Origin: an uncultured delta proteobacterium
Lineage (GTDB): Bacteria > Desulfobacterota > Desulfuromonadia > Desulfuromonadales > BM103
Reading direction: 5' to 3'
Length of the DNA: 64,000 bases
NCBI GenBank assembly: GCA_963707155.1
Contig: CAVPPD010000030.1
Coordinates: 2,578 to 66,577, forward strand
Under the pieces are notes generated by a model, which was not told the origin of the DNA, did not search any database, and saw only the letters and a program-made list of their open reading frames with translations. Shown piece after piece: positions 20,688-29,621 of this stretch (position 1 is its first letter; each line of letters opens with the position of its first letter). Both the position numbers and the translations under genes were made by a program.

Positions 20688-21508
20688 TCACGCGCCCGGT
20701 TTCTCGGCAACGGCAACAATCACTTCATAGCTTGCCGGCAAGCCTCCAACGCTTCGATAATTGTTCTCGTAGATTTTCATCATTGACTGCATGACACGCC
20801 GGGAAGCCAATCCACGTGGACGATCTGACGCAGCGTTACTGGCACCAATCTGTTTGAGTTGACGCAGCAGTTCGGGCACATCGACATGATATTCAACTTC
20901 CATGCTGCTGCACAGGTCGCGACAGGACAATCCGGCCGAAGTCAGTGCAGCAGAAACTTCACCTGGTGTCGGGAAGCTCTGTACATGTGAAGACCGTCTC
21001 CCGTCATGTTCCAGTATTGCCTGACGATGCGAAGACCGTAATTCGAAAAGGGTCTTCTCTCCAAAAAGTGCCAGTGCAAAAATTCCACCAGGCTCGAGGA
21101 CCCTTGTGATTTCACTGAACGCCGACGGCAGGCAGTCAACCCACTGGTAAACGGAGCTTGAAACAATTGTGGCGAAACTGTCGATTGGTAAAAGGCAAAG
21201 ACCTGGCATCGCCGTCACAGGCATGAGCTGAAGGGAGCCTGTTTGCCGCAGCCAGGGTCATGCCGTGGGCAATGTCCATCACGACAAGTCTCTGCCCGGG
21301 GTCAAAACGAAGGACTTCTGCTGCCAGAGCGCCGGTGCCGGTGCCGATATCCAGAAGCCCCCCGAGTCTTTTTTCCTGGGCCGGACAGCTTGCGAGACAA
21401 CAACTCCACGACACGCTTCTGGACTGAAGCATAACGGTCGTAATCTTCGGCATGGCTCGAGAAGTTATCCCGCATGTGACTGCTATCTATCGCCTTGACC
21501 GGGACCAT
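20688..21508 (-). CDS. bioC: malonyl-ACP O-methyltransferase (frameshifted read)
   Basis: FSSHAEDYDRYASVQ, LLDIGTGTG, GDA..LP, LRQLKQIGA; position in bio operon. Confidence 0.88.
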
Positions 21509-22314
21509 CAACAAAACTCCAGGATGCTGGCAGCGGTCTTTTGCGGCTGGCTTAAAAACGGACAATGACCGACACCGTGGAACTCGAGGAGTTCTCCGTG
21601 CGGCAGCATCTCCGCCAGTGCGCGCCCTGCAGAAATCGGTGTGATCTGGTCCAGGTCGCCATGCAGAAGCAACACAGGCAGGTGAAGTTCTGCAAGGTTC
21701 GCACGTTGATCATGCACGGCCAGCAGGCTGAGAAAGCCCAGCGCTGCACCACGCTCAGGCACAGGGCTCTGTCTCACGGCAAAAGTTCTGATCGTACGCA
21801 GTCTTTCGGCCGATATCTTTTCTCCGGCAAAAGCCAACATAAAAAAATCAGCCAGGGTCGCTTCGAAACGGCGCTCCAGGTTTCTGGCCAGGGCGCGGAC
21901 CTGAACAGCGGGCAGACCAAACTCCCAGGCTTCATCTTGAGTAAATCGGGGTGTCGTCGCAACCAACAGCAGTCGATCAACAGGCGACAATTTGCGGGCG
22001 GCAATCTGCAGCGCCAGCATGCCACCCAGAGACCATCCAAGCAGCGCGAAAGGGCCTTTGACAGCCGTCTCCAGCCAGGCTTCCAGATCAGCGGCAATCG
22101 TCTCAAGGTCAGCCTTTAAAGGAGGAGACGAGTGACCATGACCTGGCAAATCCGGGATCAGCAGACGAAAATCGGACGAGAGCAATGCGGCCAGCTCGCT
22201 GAAAACGGCCGCAGACATGGCCCAGCCGTGCAGTAGCACGAGGGGCCGTCCCTGGCCCGCTTCGAACCAACGTAACTGGCGTCCGTCCGGGAGTTGAAAG
22301 CTGTTGGATTTCAC
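21508..22314 (-). CDS. bioH: pimeloyl-ACP methyl ester carboxylesterase
   Basis: LHGW, DLPGHG, GWSLGG nucleophile elbow, HG..D, GH.PF; between bioF and bioC. Confidence 0.88.
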   Translation of the reverse strand: MKSNSFQLPDGRQLRWFEAGQGRPLVLLHGWAMSAAVFSELAALLSSDFRLLIPDLPGHGHSSPPLKADLETIAADLEAWLETAVKGPFALLGWSLGGMLALQIAARKLSPVDRLLLVATTPRFTQDEAWEFGLPAVQVRALARNLERRFEATLADFFMLAFAGEKISAERLRTIRTFAVRQSPVPERGAALGFLSLLAVHDQRANLAELHLPVLLLHGDLDQITPISAGRALAEMLPHGELLEFHGVGHCPFLSQPQKTAASILEFC

Positions 22315-23486
22315 GCGGAGAAATCCTTGTACGCAGAGACAATCTTGCCTGCGGCATCTTCGAGGTCAACTGCATCATGACTGGCCATGACCGTCGCGCG
22401 CAGTCGACAGAGACCTCTGGCAACAGTCGGCGGGCGGATGCCCTGCAGGAAGATCCCCTCTTCGAGCAACCTGGCGGTCATCTTCATCGTCGGCCCGGGG
22501 TCTCTCGTCAGCACCGGAATAATCTGCGTGCTGCTGCCCAGCAAATCCATACCGGCCGAGGTCAGCAACCCTGCCAATTGCATACGGTTGCGCTCCAGCT
22601 TTTCGCGCAGCAGCCGGCCTTCCTCACTCTCAACCAGATCCAGAGCCGCCATGGCTGCGGCCGGAACTCCTGGCGGCAGGCTGGTGGAGAAAATAAAGGA
22701 GCGGCTGTGATTGATCAGGGTGTCAATCACCGCACGTTGTGCAGCAAGATAAGCTCCCCCACAACCGAGCGCTTTGCCGAGCGTTCCCATGTGCAAATCG
22801 ATACGCTCCAGGCAGTCGAGATGTTCAGCCGTTCCCCTGCCCGTTCTACCCAACACGCCTGTACCGTGGGCATCATCCACCATCAACAGGGCATCATGCC
22901 TCTCCTTCAGGTCACAGAGTGCGGCCAGGGGAGCCATGTCACCATCCATGCTGAACACGCCATCAGTCACGATCAACCAGCGGCCTCGACGGTTTGGTCT
23001 CTCCTGCTCCATAAGTTCGGCAAGCGCGTCAGTATCGCAATGGGGGTAAACGAGGGTGCGTGCTCGGGCCAGACGACAGCCATCGATAATCGAGGCATGA
23101 TTGAGCTCGTCAGAAAAGATGACATCATCGGGCCCGAACAAACCCTGGAGAATCCCTGTGTTGGCGGCGTAGCCCGAGTTGAAGAGTAAGGCCGCAGGGG
23201 TTCCCTTGAAAGCGGCCAGGCGTTCTTCGAGCTCAGCATGGGTCGGCATGGTGCCTGAAACCAGTCGGCTGGCACCGGATCCGGCACCAAGCCTTCGGGT
23301 CGCTTCAACCATGGCATCAATCAGGGCCGGGTGTCCGGCAATACCAAGGTAGTTGTTTGAACAAAGCAACAGGGCCTCACGGCCGTCAATACTTACTTTC
23401 GGGCCCTGACCACCCCTAACCACCCGCAGAGAACGGTACAGCCCTTTTTGTTCAAGCTCTTCAAGGTCACGCTGCCAATCATTCAT
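22311..23486 (-). CDS. bioF: 8-amino-7-oxononanoate synthase
   Basis: CSNNYLG, GSGASRL, DELNHASIIDG, DGVFSMDG, DDAHG, GTLGKALG, IRPPTV. Confidence 0.96.
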   Translation of the reverse strand: MNDWQRDLEELEQKGLYRSLRVVRGGQGPKVSIDGREALLLCSNNYLGIAGHPALIDAMVEATRRLGAGSGASRLVSGTMPTHAELEERLAAFKGTPAALLFNSGYAANTGILQGLFGPDDVIFSDELNHASIIDGCRLARARTLVYPHCDTDALAELMEQERPNRRGRWLIVTDGVFSMDGDMAPLAALCDLKERHDALLMVDDAHGTGVLGRTGRGTAEHLDCLERIDLHMGTLGKALGCGGAYLAAQRAVIDTLINHSRSFIFSTSLPPGVPAAAMAALDLVESEEGRLLREKLERNRMQLAGLLTSAGMDLLGSSTQIIPVLTRDPGPTMKMTARLLEEGIFLQGIRPPTVARGLCRLRATVMASHDAVDLEDAAGKIVSAYKDFSA

Positions 23487-24286
23487 CAGGGTACCCATTT
23501 CTCCGGTGCTGTGATCGCTCCACATCGATCAAACAGAACAACCTGACGTTCCAGGTAATCGATCATTTCTTCTTTTGAAACCATCGCCCGGTCAATAAAG
23601 AAAACCCGGCCACCACGATGATCTCCAATCGATTTAAGCTCAGAAATGCGTTGATATCCATGCTGCCGGTCGGCGACGTACCCCGTCGTGTAATCCGGGT
23701 CGTCGGACCAGCAGAGCTCCGCGATGACTCCAGGTGCACTCAGAACCTTGCCAGCCAAAACCAGTGCTTCCAGAACCCGAGAATGACCAAGGCCATGCGA
23801 CATCAACTGCTGCTCCAGGGCTGAGCGGAATTCAGGAGCCAGATCCATCCGGGAGACCCTGACACCGCGAAACGGATCGTCCTCCAGACGCTCTGCGGTT
23901 TTTGCATCCATAAGCAGGGCTCCACGCATGACGGTACCTCCGGGCCCGGCACCGTCAGCCAGCAACTGGACCGCCTGGCTGGCAACCTCGACCTGGATAC
24001 CGGCCCTGACCAGCAGGCATACGGCTGCCTGACGGCCCTCCTGCCAATCGGAGACCTGACAGGTGGACACAACCGGTAGCTGTGCATAGTGAACAGTTGT
24101 CGCCTCGACGCGTTCCACGTTACAATGAACTTCATCAGCCGGGCCACCGGTCGCAGCCATCGCACGAGCCATCAAAGCCGCAGTCACTTCGCTGACAGAA
24201 GCTTCAGGAACGACTCTCTCAGCGCCGGTAATATGTGAACCCTGGCGTGAGCCACGCATGCGCACGGAGTAAAGGTGGGTGTCCAT
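23486..24286 (-). CDS. bioW: 6-carboxyhexanoate--CoA ligase
   Basis: YSVRMR, HITGAER, MRGA, RGVRVSRMD, EALVLA.KV, ELCWSDDPDYTTGYVA, GGRVFF. Confidence 0.93.
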   Translation of the reverse strand: MDTHLYSVRMRGSRQGSHITGAERVVPEASVSEVTAALMARAMAATGGPADEVHCNVERVEATTVHYAQLPVVSTCQVSDWQEGRQAAVCLLVRAGIQVEVASQAVQLLADGAGPGGTVMRGALLMDAKTAERLEDDPFRGVRVSRMDLAPEFRSALEQQLMSHGLGHSRVLEALVLAGKVLSAPGVIAELCWSDDPDYTTGYVADRQHGYQRISELKSIGDHRGGRVFFIDRAMVSKEEMIDYLERQVVLFDRCGAITAPEKWVP

Positions 24287-24294
24287 GGGCAAAG

Positions 24295-24347
24295 AAATTA
24301 CCACTGCAGGACGGGCTTGTCAACCTCAACACGGTCATGGTTTACAA
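24295..24347 (-). promoter_or_regulatory. bio operon promoter overlapped by a BirA operator
   Basis: palindrome TTGTCAACC-N13-GGTTTACAA (24317-24347); minus-strand TTGACA-17-TAATTT whose -35 is one half-site. Confidence 0.85.
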
Positions 24348-24425
24348 CTCTTTTCGCTTGGGTTAAACATGTGATAGTGTTAGCTTCTGCTCTATAAAAA
24401 TTAACCCTTTGGCCCAGCGAGAACC

Positions 24426-25217
24426 ATGTCAAAAACACTTCTGTCTCTGCTCTTCATATCCTACGCGACAGCGACTGTCGGCTACCTGGTGCACCTTGTC
24501 TACCGGCGCGGTATCATCGCCAAAGCAGCCCTGATCCTGGTAACAGTCAGCGTGTTGCTGCACACAGGGCTCCTGGTGCAGCGCTGGTGGATAGCGGGCT
24601 ATCTGCCGGTCACCAACCTTTTTGCAACCCTCTTCTTCTTCAGCTGGGCACTCGCCCTGATCTACCTCTACTTCGAGTTGCGTTACCGGATAAGGGCAAC
24701 AGGCCTCTTTGTCATGCTGCTCAACCTTGTCCTGCTGGGAGGAGCTTTGCCCAGGGACACCAGCATTTCACCATTGATCCCTGCCCTCGACACGCCACTG
24801 TTCAGCCTGCACATCATTTTCTCTTTTATCGGCTATGCATTTTTTGCCATGGCCTTTTCGATCGGCGTACTCTATCTCTGCCAAGCTCGTCTGAACAGCG
24901 AGATGTTGCCGGACTTGACGACATTGCGCCGCATCAACGAAGAAGCTATTTTCCTCGGGTTCGGACTGTTTACCCTCTGCATGATCGCCGGCAGCCTCTG
25001 GGCGCACATTGCCTGGGGACACTGGTTCAGCTGGAACATCAAAAGCGTCTGGTCGGTACTGGTCTGGATGTTCTACGCAGGGATGTGTCATGCCAAATTC
25101 ATCCGTCGCTGGCAGGGCGGCGTTTACGCCTGGCTTTCGATCGCCGGGTTTGGGGTCGTTCTCTTCACATATCTTGGTATCGGCCTGTTGCTGGAAAGCA
25201 ACCACCCATTGGACTAG
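24426..25217 (+). CDS. ccsA: System II cytochrome c biogenesis protein CcsA/ResC
   Basis: multi-TM; RWW..GYLPVTNLF, PAL...LHI, WAHIAWGHWFSWNIKSVW (divergent WWD), conserved His residues. Confidence 0.88.
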   Translation: MSKTLLSLLFISYATATVGYLVHLVYRRGIIAKAALILVTVSVLLHTGLLVQRWWIAGYLPVTNLFATLFFFSWALALIYLYFELRYRIRATGLFVMLLNLVLLGGALPRDTSISPLIPALDTPLFSLHIIFSFIGYAFFAMAFSIGVLYLCQARLNSEMLPDLTTLRRINEEAIFLGFGLFTLCMIAGSLWAHIAWGHWFSWNIKSVWSVLVWMFYAGMCHAKFIRRWQGGVYAWLSIAGFGVVLFTYLGIGLLLESNHPLD

Positions 25218-25395
25218 TTTTCGTCCGGGAACGGCCCTTTTCCGCAATCTCTGCGTCAATCGGCGGATTTGATTGTGCGGCGTAAAGCGCTACGCCTCCG
25301 CTCAAATCCTTGATTTCCTTGACATTGCGAAAAATTGCTCGTTTCCAGATCGAAAACTGCAGCGTGCCCATCCGAAGTTTCCGGATGGACACTAG
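25214..25395. mobile_element. ~180-bp MITE/REP-like element with imperfect terminal inverted repeats, flanked by CTAG
   Basis: left CTAGTTTTCGTCCGGGAAC vs reverse complement of right end CTAGTGTCCATCCGGAAAC (15/19); internal hairpins; no ORF. Confidence 0.6.
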
Positions 25396-25403
25396 GCTAG
25401 CTT

Positions 25404-26483
25404 ATGTATACGAGTGACCAAAAATCGAAGACGCTCTTACAGAAGCTCTGGGATCTTGGCTGTTCCCTGAAGCTCGCCATCGCCCTCGCTTCAGCAGCAA
25501 CCATCCTGATTATGGGTGGTTCGCTGGTCATGCATTTCAATCCCGAGATCTTCTCCGGCATGGAAGAAGAGGTCATGAGCAGGTGGCTGCCCAGGGCGTG
25601 GGCACAAGCGCCGGGCATGGTCTTCTGGGTTCCTTTAAGCGGTCTGTGTATTACCCTGTTCGCCATCAACACCCTGTGTTGTCTGATCGATTGGTGTTTC
25701 AAGATCAGGGCGCGCTGGCGCAAGACCGGTGAATATCTTATCCATGCCGGTTTCATCTTGCTGGTCATCGCCTACGCCTGGGGGAGCATCTACGGCTTTC
25801 GTTCGGGACCGCACCGCATGTTTCCTGGAGAACGGATTGCGGTCCCCAACATGCCTGGATATACACTGGCCCTGGAGGAGTTTACTCCACAGATCGAGCC
25901 ATCGGGGCGTCCCTTGGACATGAGGAACCGGGTCTCTCTCTGGAAAGAGGATAAGCTCGTTGCCAAGGCTTTGGTACGCATCAACCACCCGCTCATTTAC
26001 AACGGCCTGGTCATCCTGCCGAGCTCCTTCGGGCAGGAGTTGCAGGGGTTCCGTTTTCAGACTCCGGATCGTGGCTTTGTTGACCTCACCGTCGGCAGTC
26101 GGTTGCCAATCACATCAGGAACCAGCATGGTCGTTCACAAGCTGTTACCTGATGCCAGAAGAAACAGCCAGGGTCGGGTTCTGCAGACAGGCAACCGTCT
26201 CAATAATCCAGCCATGCAAATAACCATACAGAGTCCCGCCGGAGCAACCCTCTGGAACGGCTGGTATTTCCTGCGGGAGCAACCTCCCGGACAACTGGGC
26301 GAGGCCGGTCTCTTTCTTCGCCCCACGGAGCCGCTATACAAGACCTACAGCCTGCTGACGATCAATCGCGATCCGGGAGACAAACTGGCACTGGCTGGGA
26401 GCATCTGCATCTCAACGGGTGTCATTTTCGCGTTTTTTTCTTTCTATAGAAAAAGAGCCCATGGCGACCGACCAGAGATATGA
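25404..26483 (+). CDS. System II cytochrome c biogenesis protein CcsB/ResB
   Basis: SLKLAI N-terminus, NTLCC, YLIHAG, INHPL.Y.G, RDPG + C-terminal TM; adjacent to ccsA. Confidence 0.85.
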   Translation: MYTSDQKSKTLLQKLWDLGCSLKLAIALASAATILIMGGSLVMHFNPEIFSGMEEEVMSRWLPRAWAQAPGMVFWVPLSGLCITLFAINTLCCLIDWCFKIRARWRKTGEYLIHAGFILLVIAYAWGSIYGFRSGPHRMFPGERIAVPNMPGYTLALEEFTPQIEPSGRPLDMRNRVSLWKEDKLVAKALVRINHPLIYNGLVILPSSFGQELQGFRFQTPDRGFVDLTVGSRLPITSGTSMVVHKLLPDARRNSQGRVLQTGNRLNNPAMQITIQSPAGATLWNGWYFLREQPPGQLGEAGLFLRPTEPLYKTYSLLTINRDPGDKLALAGSICISTGVIFAFFSFYRKRAHGDRPEI

Positions 26484-26620
26484 CCGAATAGCGCTTGTCT
26501 CGACCATCGGTATTCGCTATTATTCTAAAACTTTAGCTTATCTCAAACGAGTCACTTTCTCGCGTCGACGATTCTTGCAGACACACCATCGAATGACCGC
26601 ATTGTTTTCTGCCGGGGATT

Positions 26621-28468
26621 ATGAAAAAAGCAATTCTGATATGTCTGTGTTCTGTGATCATGCTGGTGACCCTGAGCATCCCCGTGTATGCACGTGTTCT
26701 GGTCGGATTGTCTCCGGTTGCCCCTCTCTCAGAAATCGATCAACACACACTCAACGAGCTGAGCACCAAGTTTGAGGCCTTGACCGGTACAGAGGTCTCG
26801 TTGCGGAGCTTTGACAATGACGCCGCCATCATCAACTGGCTCATGCGTTTTCAGGAGATCGACGCTGCCATCGTCTCGCAGAGCTTCATCAGTCAGCAAC
26901 CTGCGGGGGCATTGAAACACCTCGCCGACCTCCACGCCAATGACAGTTCCTTCCCGCCGCTGGCACTCGTGACGCGCAACAACCTGAGTGGCGATCAGGC
27001 CAATCAGCTCCAAAAAGCTTTTCTGCACACAGACGAGAGTGACAGCGGTCACAAACTGTTTGCAACGCTGGGGTTGGCCGGGGTTTCCATGCCTGGAGAA
27101 CCTCTCAAACGCAGGGCACCCAAACCGGCTCCTCTGCCGCCACAACCCCTTAAGCAGGAACCCTCTCCCGCAGTAAGAGCAGAACAAACTGAGAAGGTAA
27201 GGCCAACTCAAGGAGAAGAGGTCGTTCCGCCGCAAAAACCTGCGCAAAAATCTGCGGTTTCTGTGCAGGACGAGAAACCTCTTAAGAACGAAACAAGCTC
27301 TTTATCCCAAACGGCCGTAAGCATCGCCGCGAAGGCTCCCGACAAGCCAGCACCTGGGAAAAAAGAACAACCAGAAATGGCAGCACGGGTTCAAGATAAG
27401 ACTGAACCTGAGTTGAAGAGCCCGGTCAAGCCGGTAAAAACGAATGAACAAACCGTCGAGCCCCAGGTCAGCAAGCAGGAGAAGCCTCTCAGCAAACAGG
27501 ACAATCGAACCGAGACAGCCGCACAGAAGGCAGCGCCCAGCAAAAGATGGCTCATTTTTGTTGCTCTGCTGCTCTTGCTTGCCATTCTTTTAAAGGTGAG
27601 TTTGTTTATTTTACGTTGGCAGAATAGAAGAAAATCAACGTTCGAACCGGAAGAGGCGCCAACCAGCGACATAATGCTCAACCATGTCGCCCCCCCCGCT
27701 CCTGCCGCAGCACCGGCCATGACATCAAACAGTGAAAAAGTTGTCATTGAAGCGGGTCGATTGGGCCCCGGAAAAGTACCCGCGTTGCTCAAACAATGTG
27801 CTGACATGCCGGAGCCAGTGATACTGTCAGTCACCAAGGGTTCCTGCGAGAAACTGGTCCACTTTGCTGGCGGCCAGGTCTCATCGGCCCTGACTCAGAA
27901 CTCGTCAGCTTCAGCATCCGGAGTACGCTGGGATAAGCTCGGCAGCCTCCTGGTCCGCGAGGAGTTGGTGACCAGTGAGGAACGGGACCGGGGAATGGCT
28001 CTGATCAGTGAGGAGCCAGGATTGCGCCTCGGAGAGGCACTGCTGAAACTCGGCCTGATTGATTTGTCGGGACTTCGACAGGCCCTCACCCGCCAGGCCA
28101 AGGTGACAATCTATTCGTTGATTCTCTTCCCCGAGGGACGCTATCAGATCTTCGCCTGCGATGGTTCGCTGCCGCCGGAGGAGAGTGTCTCACTTGAGAT
28201 CACGAACCTGATCCGTGAAGCCTCTCACCACAAATCAGAGTGGACTGCAATTCGCCAGGCTCTGCCCAACTTGAACACAGCCCTGAACTTTACACCAGAG
28301 GGTCGAATTAAACTTGAGAAAGTCGGCCTTTCTCCACAGCAGGAAGCGACCTTGTCGCTGATTGACGGCCAAGCCACGATCAATGATATCTGCATCGGAT
28401 CTTCAATGATGGACTACGAAGTCTATCGTTTCCTGTACCTGATGGTGAAAGCAGGCGTCTTAAGGTAG
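26621..28468 (+). CDS. membrane protein: periplasmic binding-like domain, Pro/Lys/Glu linker, TM, cytoplasmic DUF4388/PATAN-like + MshEN motif
   Basis: signal peptide; PhnD-like pattern; TM WLIFVALLLLLAILL; RLGEALLKLGLIDLSGLRQALTRQ. Confidence 0.7.
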   Translation: MKKAILICLCSVIMLVTLSIPVYARVLVGLSPVAPLSEIDQHTLNELSTKFEALTGTEVSLRSFDNDAAIINWLMRFQEIDAAIVSQSFISQQPAGALKHLADLHANDSSFPPLALVTRNNLSGDQANQLQKAFLHTDESDSGHKLFATLGLAGVSMPGEPLKRRAPKPAPLPPQPLKQEPSPAVRAEQTEKVRPTQGEEVVPPQKPAQKSAVSVQDEKPLKNETSSLSQTAVSIAAKAPDKPAPGKKEQPEMAARVQDKTEPELKSPVKPVKTNEQTVEPQVSKQEKPLSKQDNRTETAAQKAAPSKRWLIFVALLLLLAILLKVSLFILRWQNRRKSTFEPEEAPTSDIMLNHVAPPAPAAAPAMTSNSEKVVIEAGRLGPGKVPALLKQCADMPEPVILSVTKGSCEKLVHFAGGQVSSALTQNSSASASGVRWDKLGSLLVREELVTSEERDRGMALISEEPGLRLGEALLKLGLIDLSGLRQALTRQAKVTIYSLILFPEGRYQIFACDGSLPPEESVSLEITNLIREASHHKSEWTAIRQALPNLNTALNFTPEGRIKLEKVGLSPQQEATLSLIDGQATINDICIGSSMMDYEVYRFLYLMVKAGVLR

Positions 28469-28557
28469 CCACGTCTCCGGCTTGCAACATAAAGATGTCA
28501 AGAGCGGACAAAAGCAGCGACTCATTATTCTGACACTCCCAAGGGAACCAGCCAATC

Positions 28558-29538
28558 ATGATAATCAAGAATCACACGATCCTGATTGTCGACGATGTCA
28601 CCAAGCGTCGATTGCACCTCAAATCCATGCTCCTGGAAAGGGAAGATGCTGTCCTCGAGGCGGAGACCGCAGAGGCCGCGTTGGAACTGATCCGGAAAAA
28701 ACCTGCAGACCTGGTTATTACAGAGACCGAGCTGCCGACACGCAGCGGTCTTTACCTGCTCCAGGAGGTCAAACGGCGACACCCGGAAACCGAGGTGATT
28801 CTCACCACCCATAATGCCTCTTCATTCAGCCTTTTACAGGCTCTGCGACATGGAGCTTTTGATTTCATCGTCCGCCCCATCGACACCTCGGAGATTCTAT
28901 TTAACGTCATTGATCGCGCCTTCTCTCAAATTGATCTGCGCATACAAAATCAGGTCCTGCTGGCCGAACTGGAACATCGCAACCAGGAGATGGCTCAGTC
29001 CCTGACCATGATGACAGCTCTCAGTAAAGCAATTGAAACGATCAACTCGGCCATTGAAGTCGGAGATCTGCTGAGTCGCCTGCTTGACACGGCCCTCGGT
29101 GATTTGCACGCCCAGAGGGGCCTGCTTGCGTTGATCAGCGGTAACGGTCGTAACCACTTTGGCATCAAGATGAGTCGCGGCATTTCTGCAAACTTCATTC
29201 AGAAGCACCCTGACAAACTCCCCGAGGGGCTGCTTCTGGATATCGCCCGCAGCGGCAGCCCCATGGTCGTACCTGACCACCTGCCTGCCTACATGCTGGA
29301 CAGGGTCACCGCAGACGAGCAGCACCTGATCAGTGACCCGGGGCTGCTCTCTGTGCCACTTTATCACCGCGATCGCGCCATCGGCGTGATGATCCTGTTC
29401 GGGCACGCTGAGAACAAGCCATTCACCGATCAGAACCTGCAATTCCTGGTGCAGCTGGCACACCACGCCGCAATAGCGCTGGAAAAAGCTGGGATTATTC
29501 ATCAGCTGAAGAGGCAGGGCAAAAGCAGCAAGGCTTAA
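28558..29538 (+). CDS. atypical response regulator: receiver + coiled coil + GAF, no output domain
   Basis: ILIVDD, DLVITETELP, GAFDFIVRP; GAF motifs LSVPL, IGV, PFT..L.FL..LA..AAIALE. Confidence 0.8.
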   Translation: MIIKNHTILIVDDVTKRRLHLKSMLLEREDAVLEAETAEAALELIRKKPADLVITETELPTRSGLYLLQEVKRRHPETEVILTTHNASSFSLLQALRHGAFDFIVRPIDTSEILFNVIDRAFSQIDLRIQNQVLLAELEHRNQEMAQSLTMMTALSKAIETINSAIEVGDLLSRLLDTALGDLHAQRGLLALISGNGRNHFGIKMSRGISANFIQKHPDKLPEGLLLDIARSGSPMVVPDHLPAYMLDRVTADEQHLISDPGLLSVPLYHRDRAIGVMILFGHAENKPFTDQNLQFLVQLAHHAAIALEKAGIIHQLKRQGKSSKA

Positions 29539-29556
29539 ACATCAAGGCGTAAAAGC

Positions 29557-29592
29557 AAAAAACGGAAGACATAACATCTTATGTCTTCCGTT
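29557..29592. terminator. terminator between convergent genes
   Basis: AACGGAAGACATAA-catc-TTATGTCTTCCGTT with A-tract on the left (U-tract for dxs). Confidence 0.75.
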
Positions 29593-29621
29593 CACGATCA
29601 TTTCTCCATTAAGTTTTCTGA

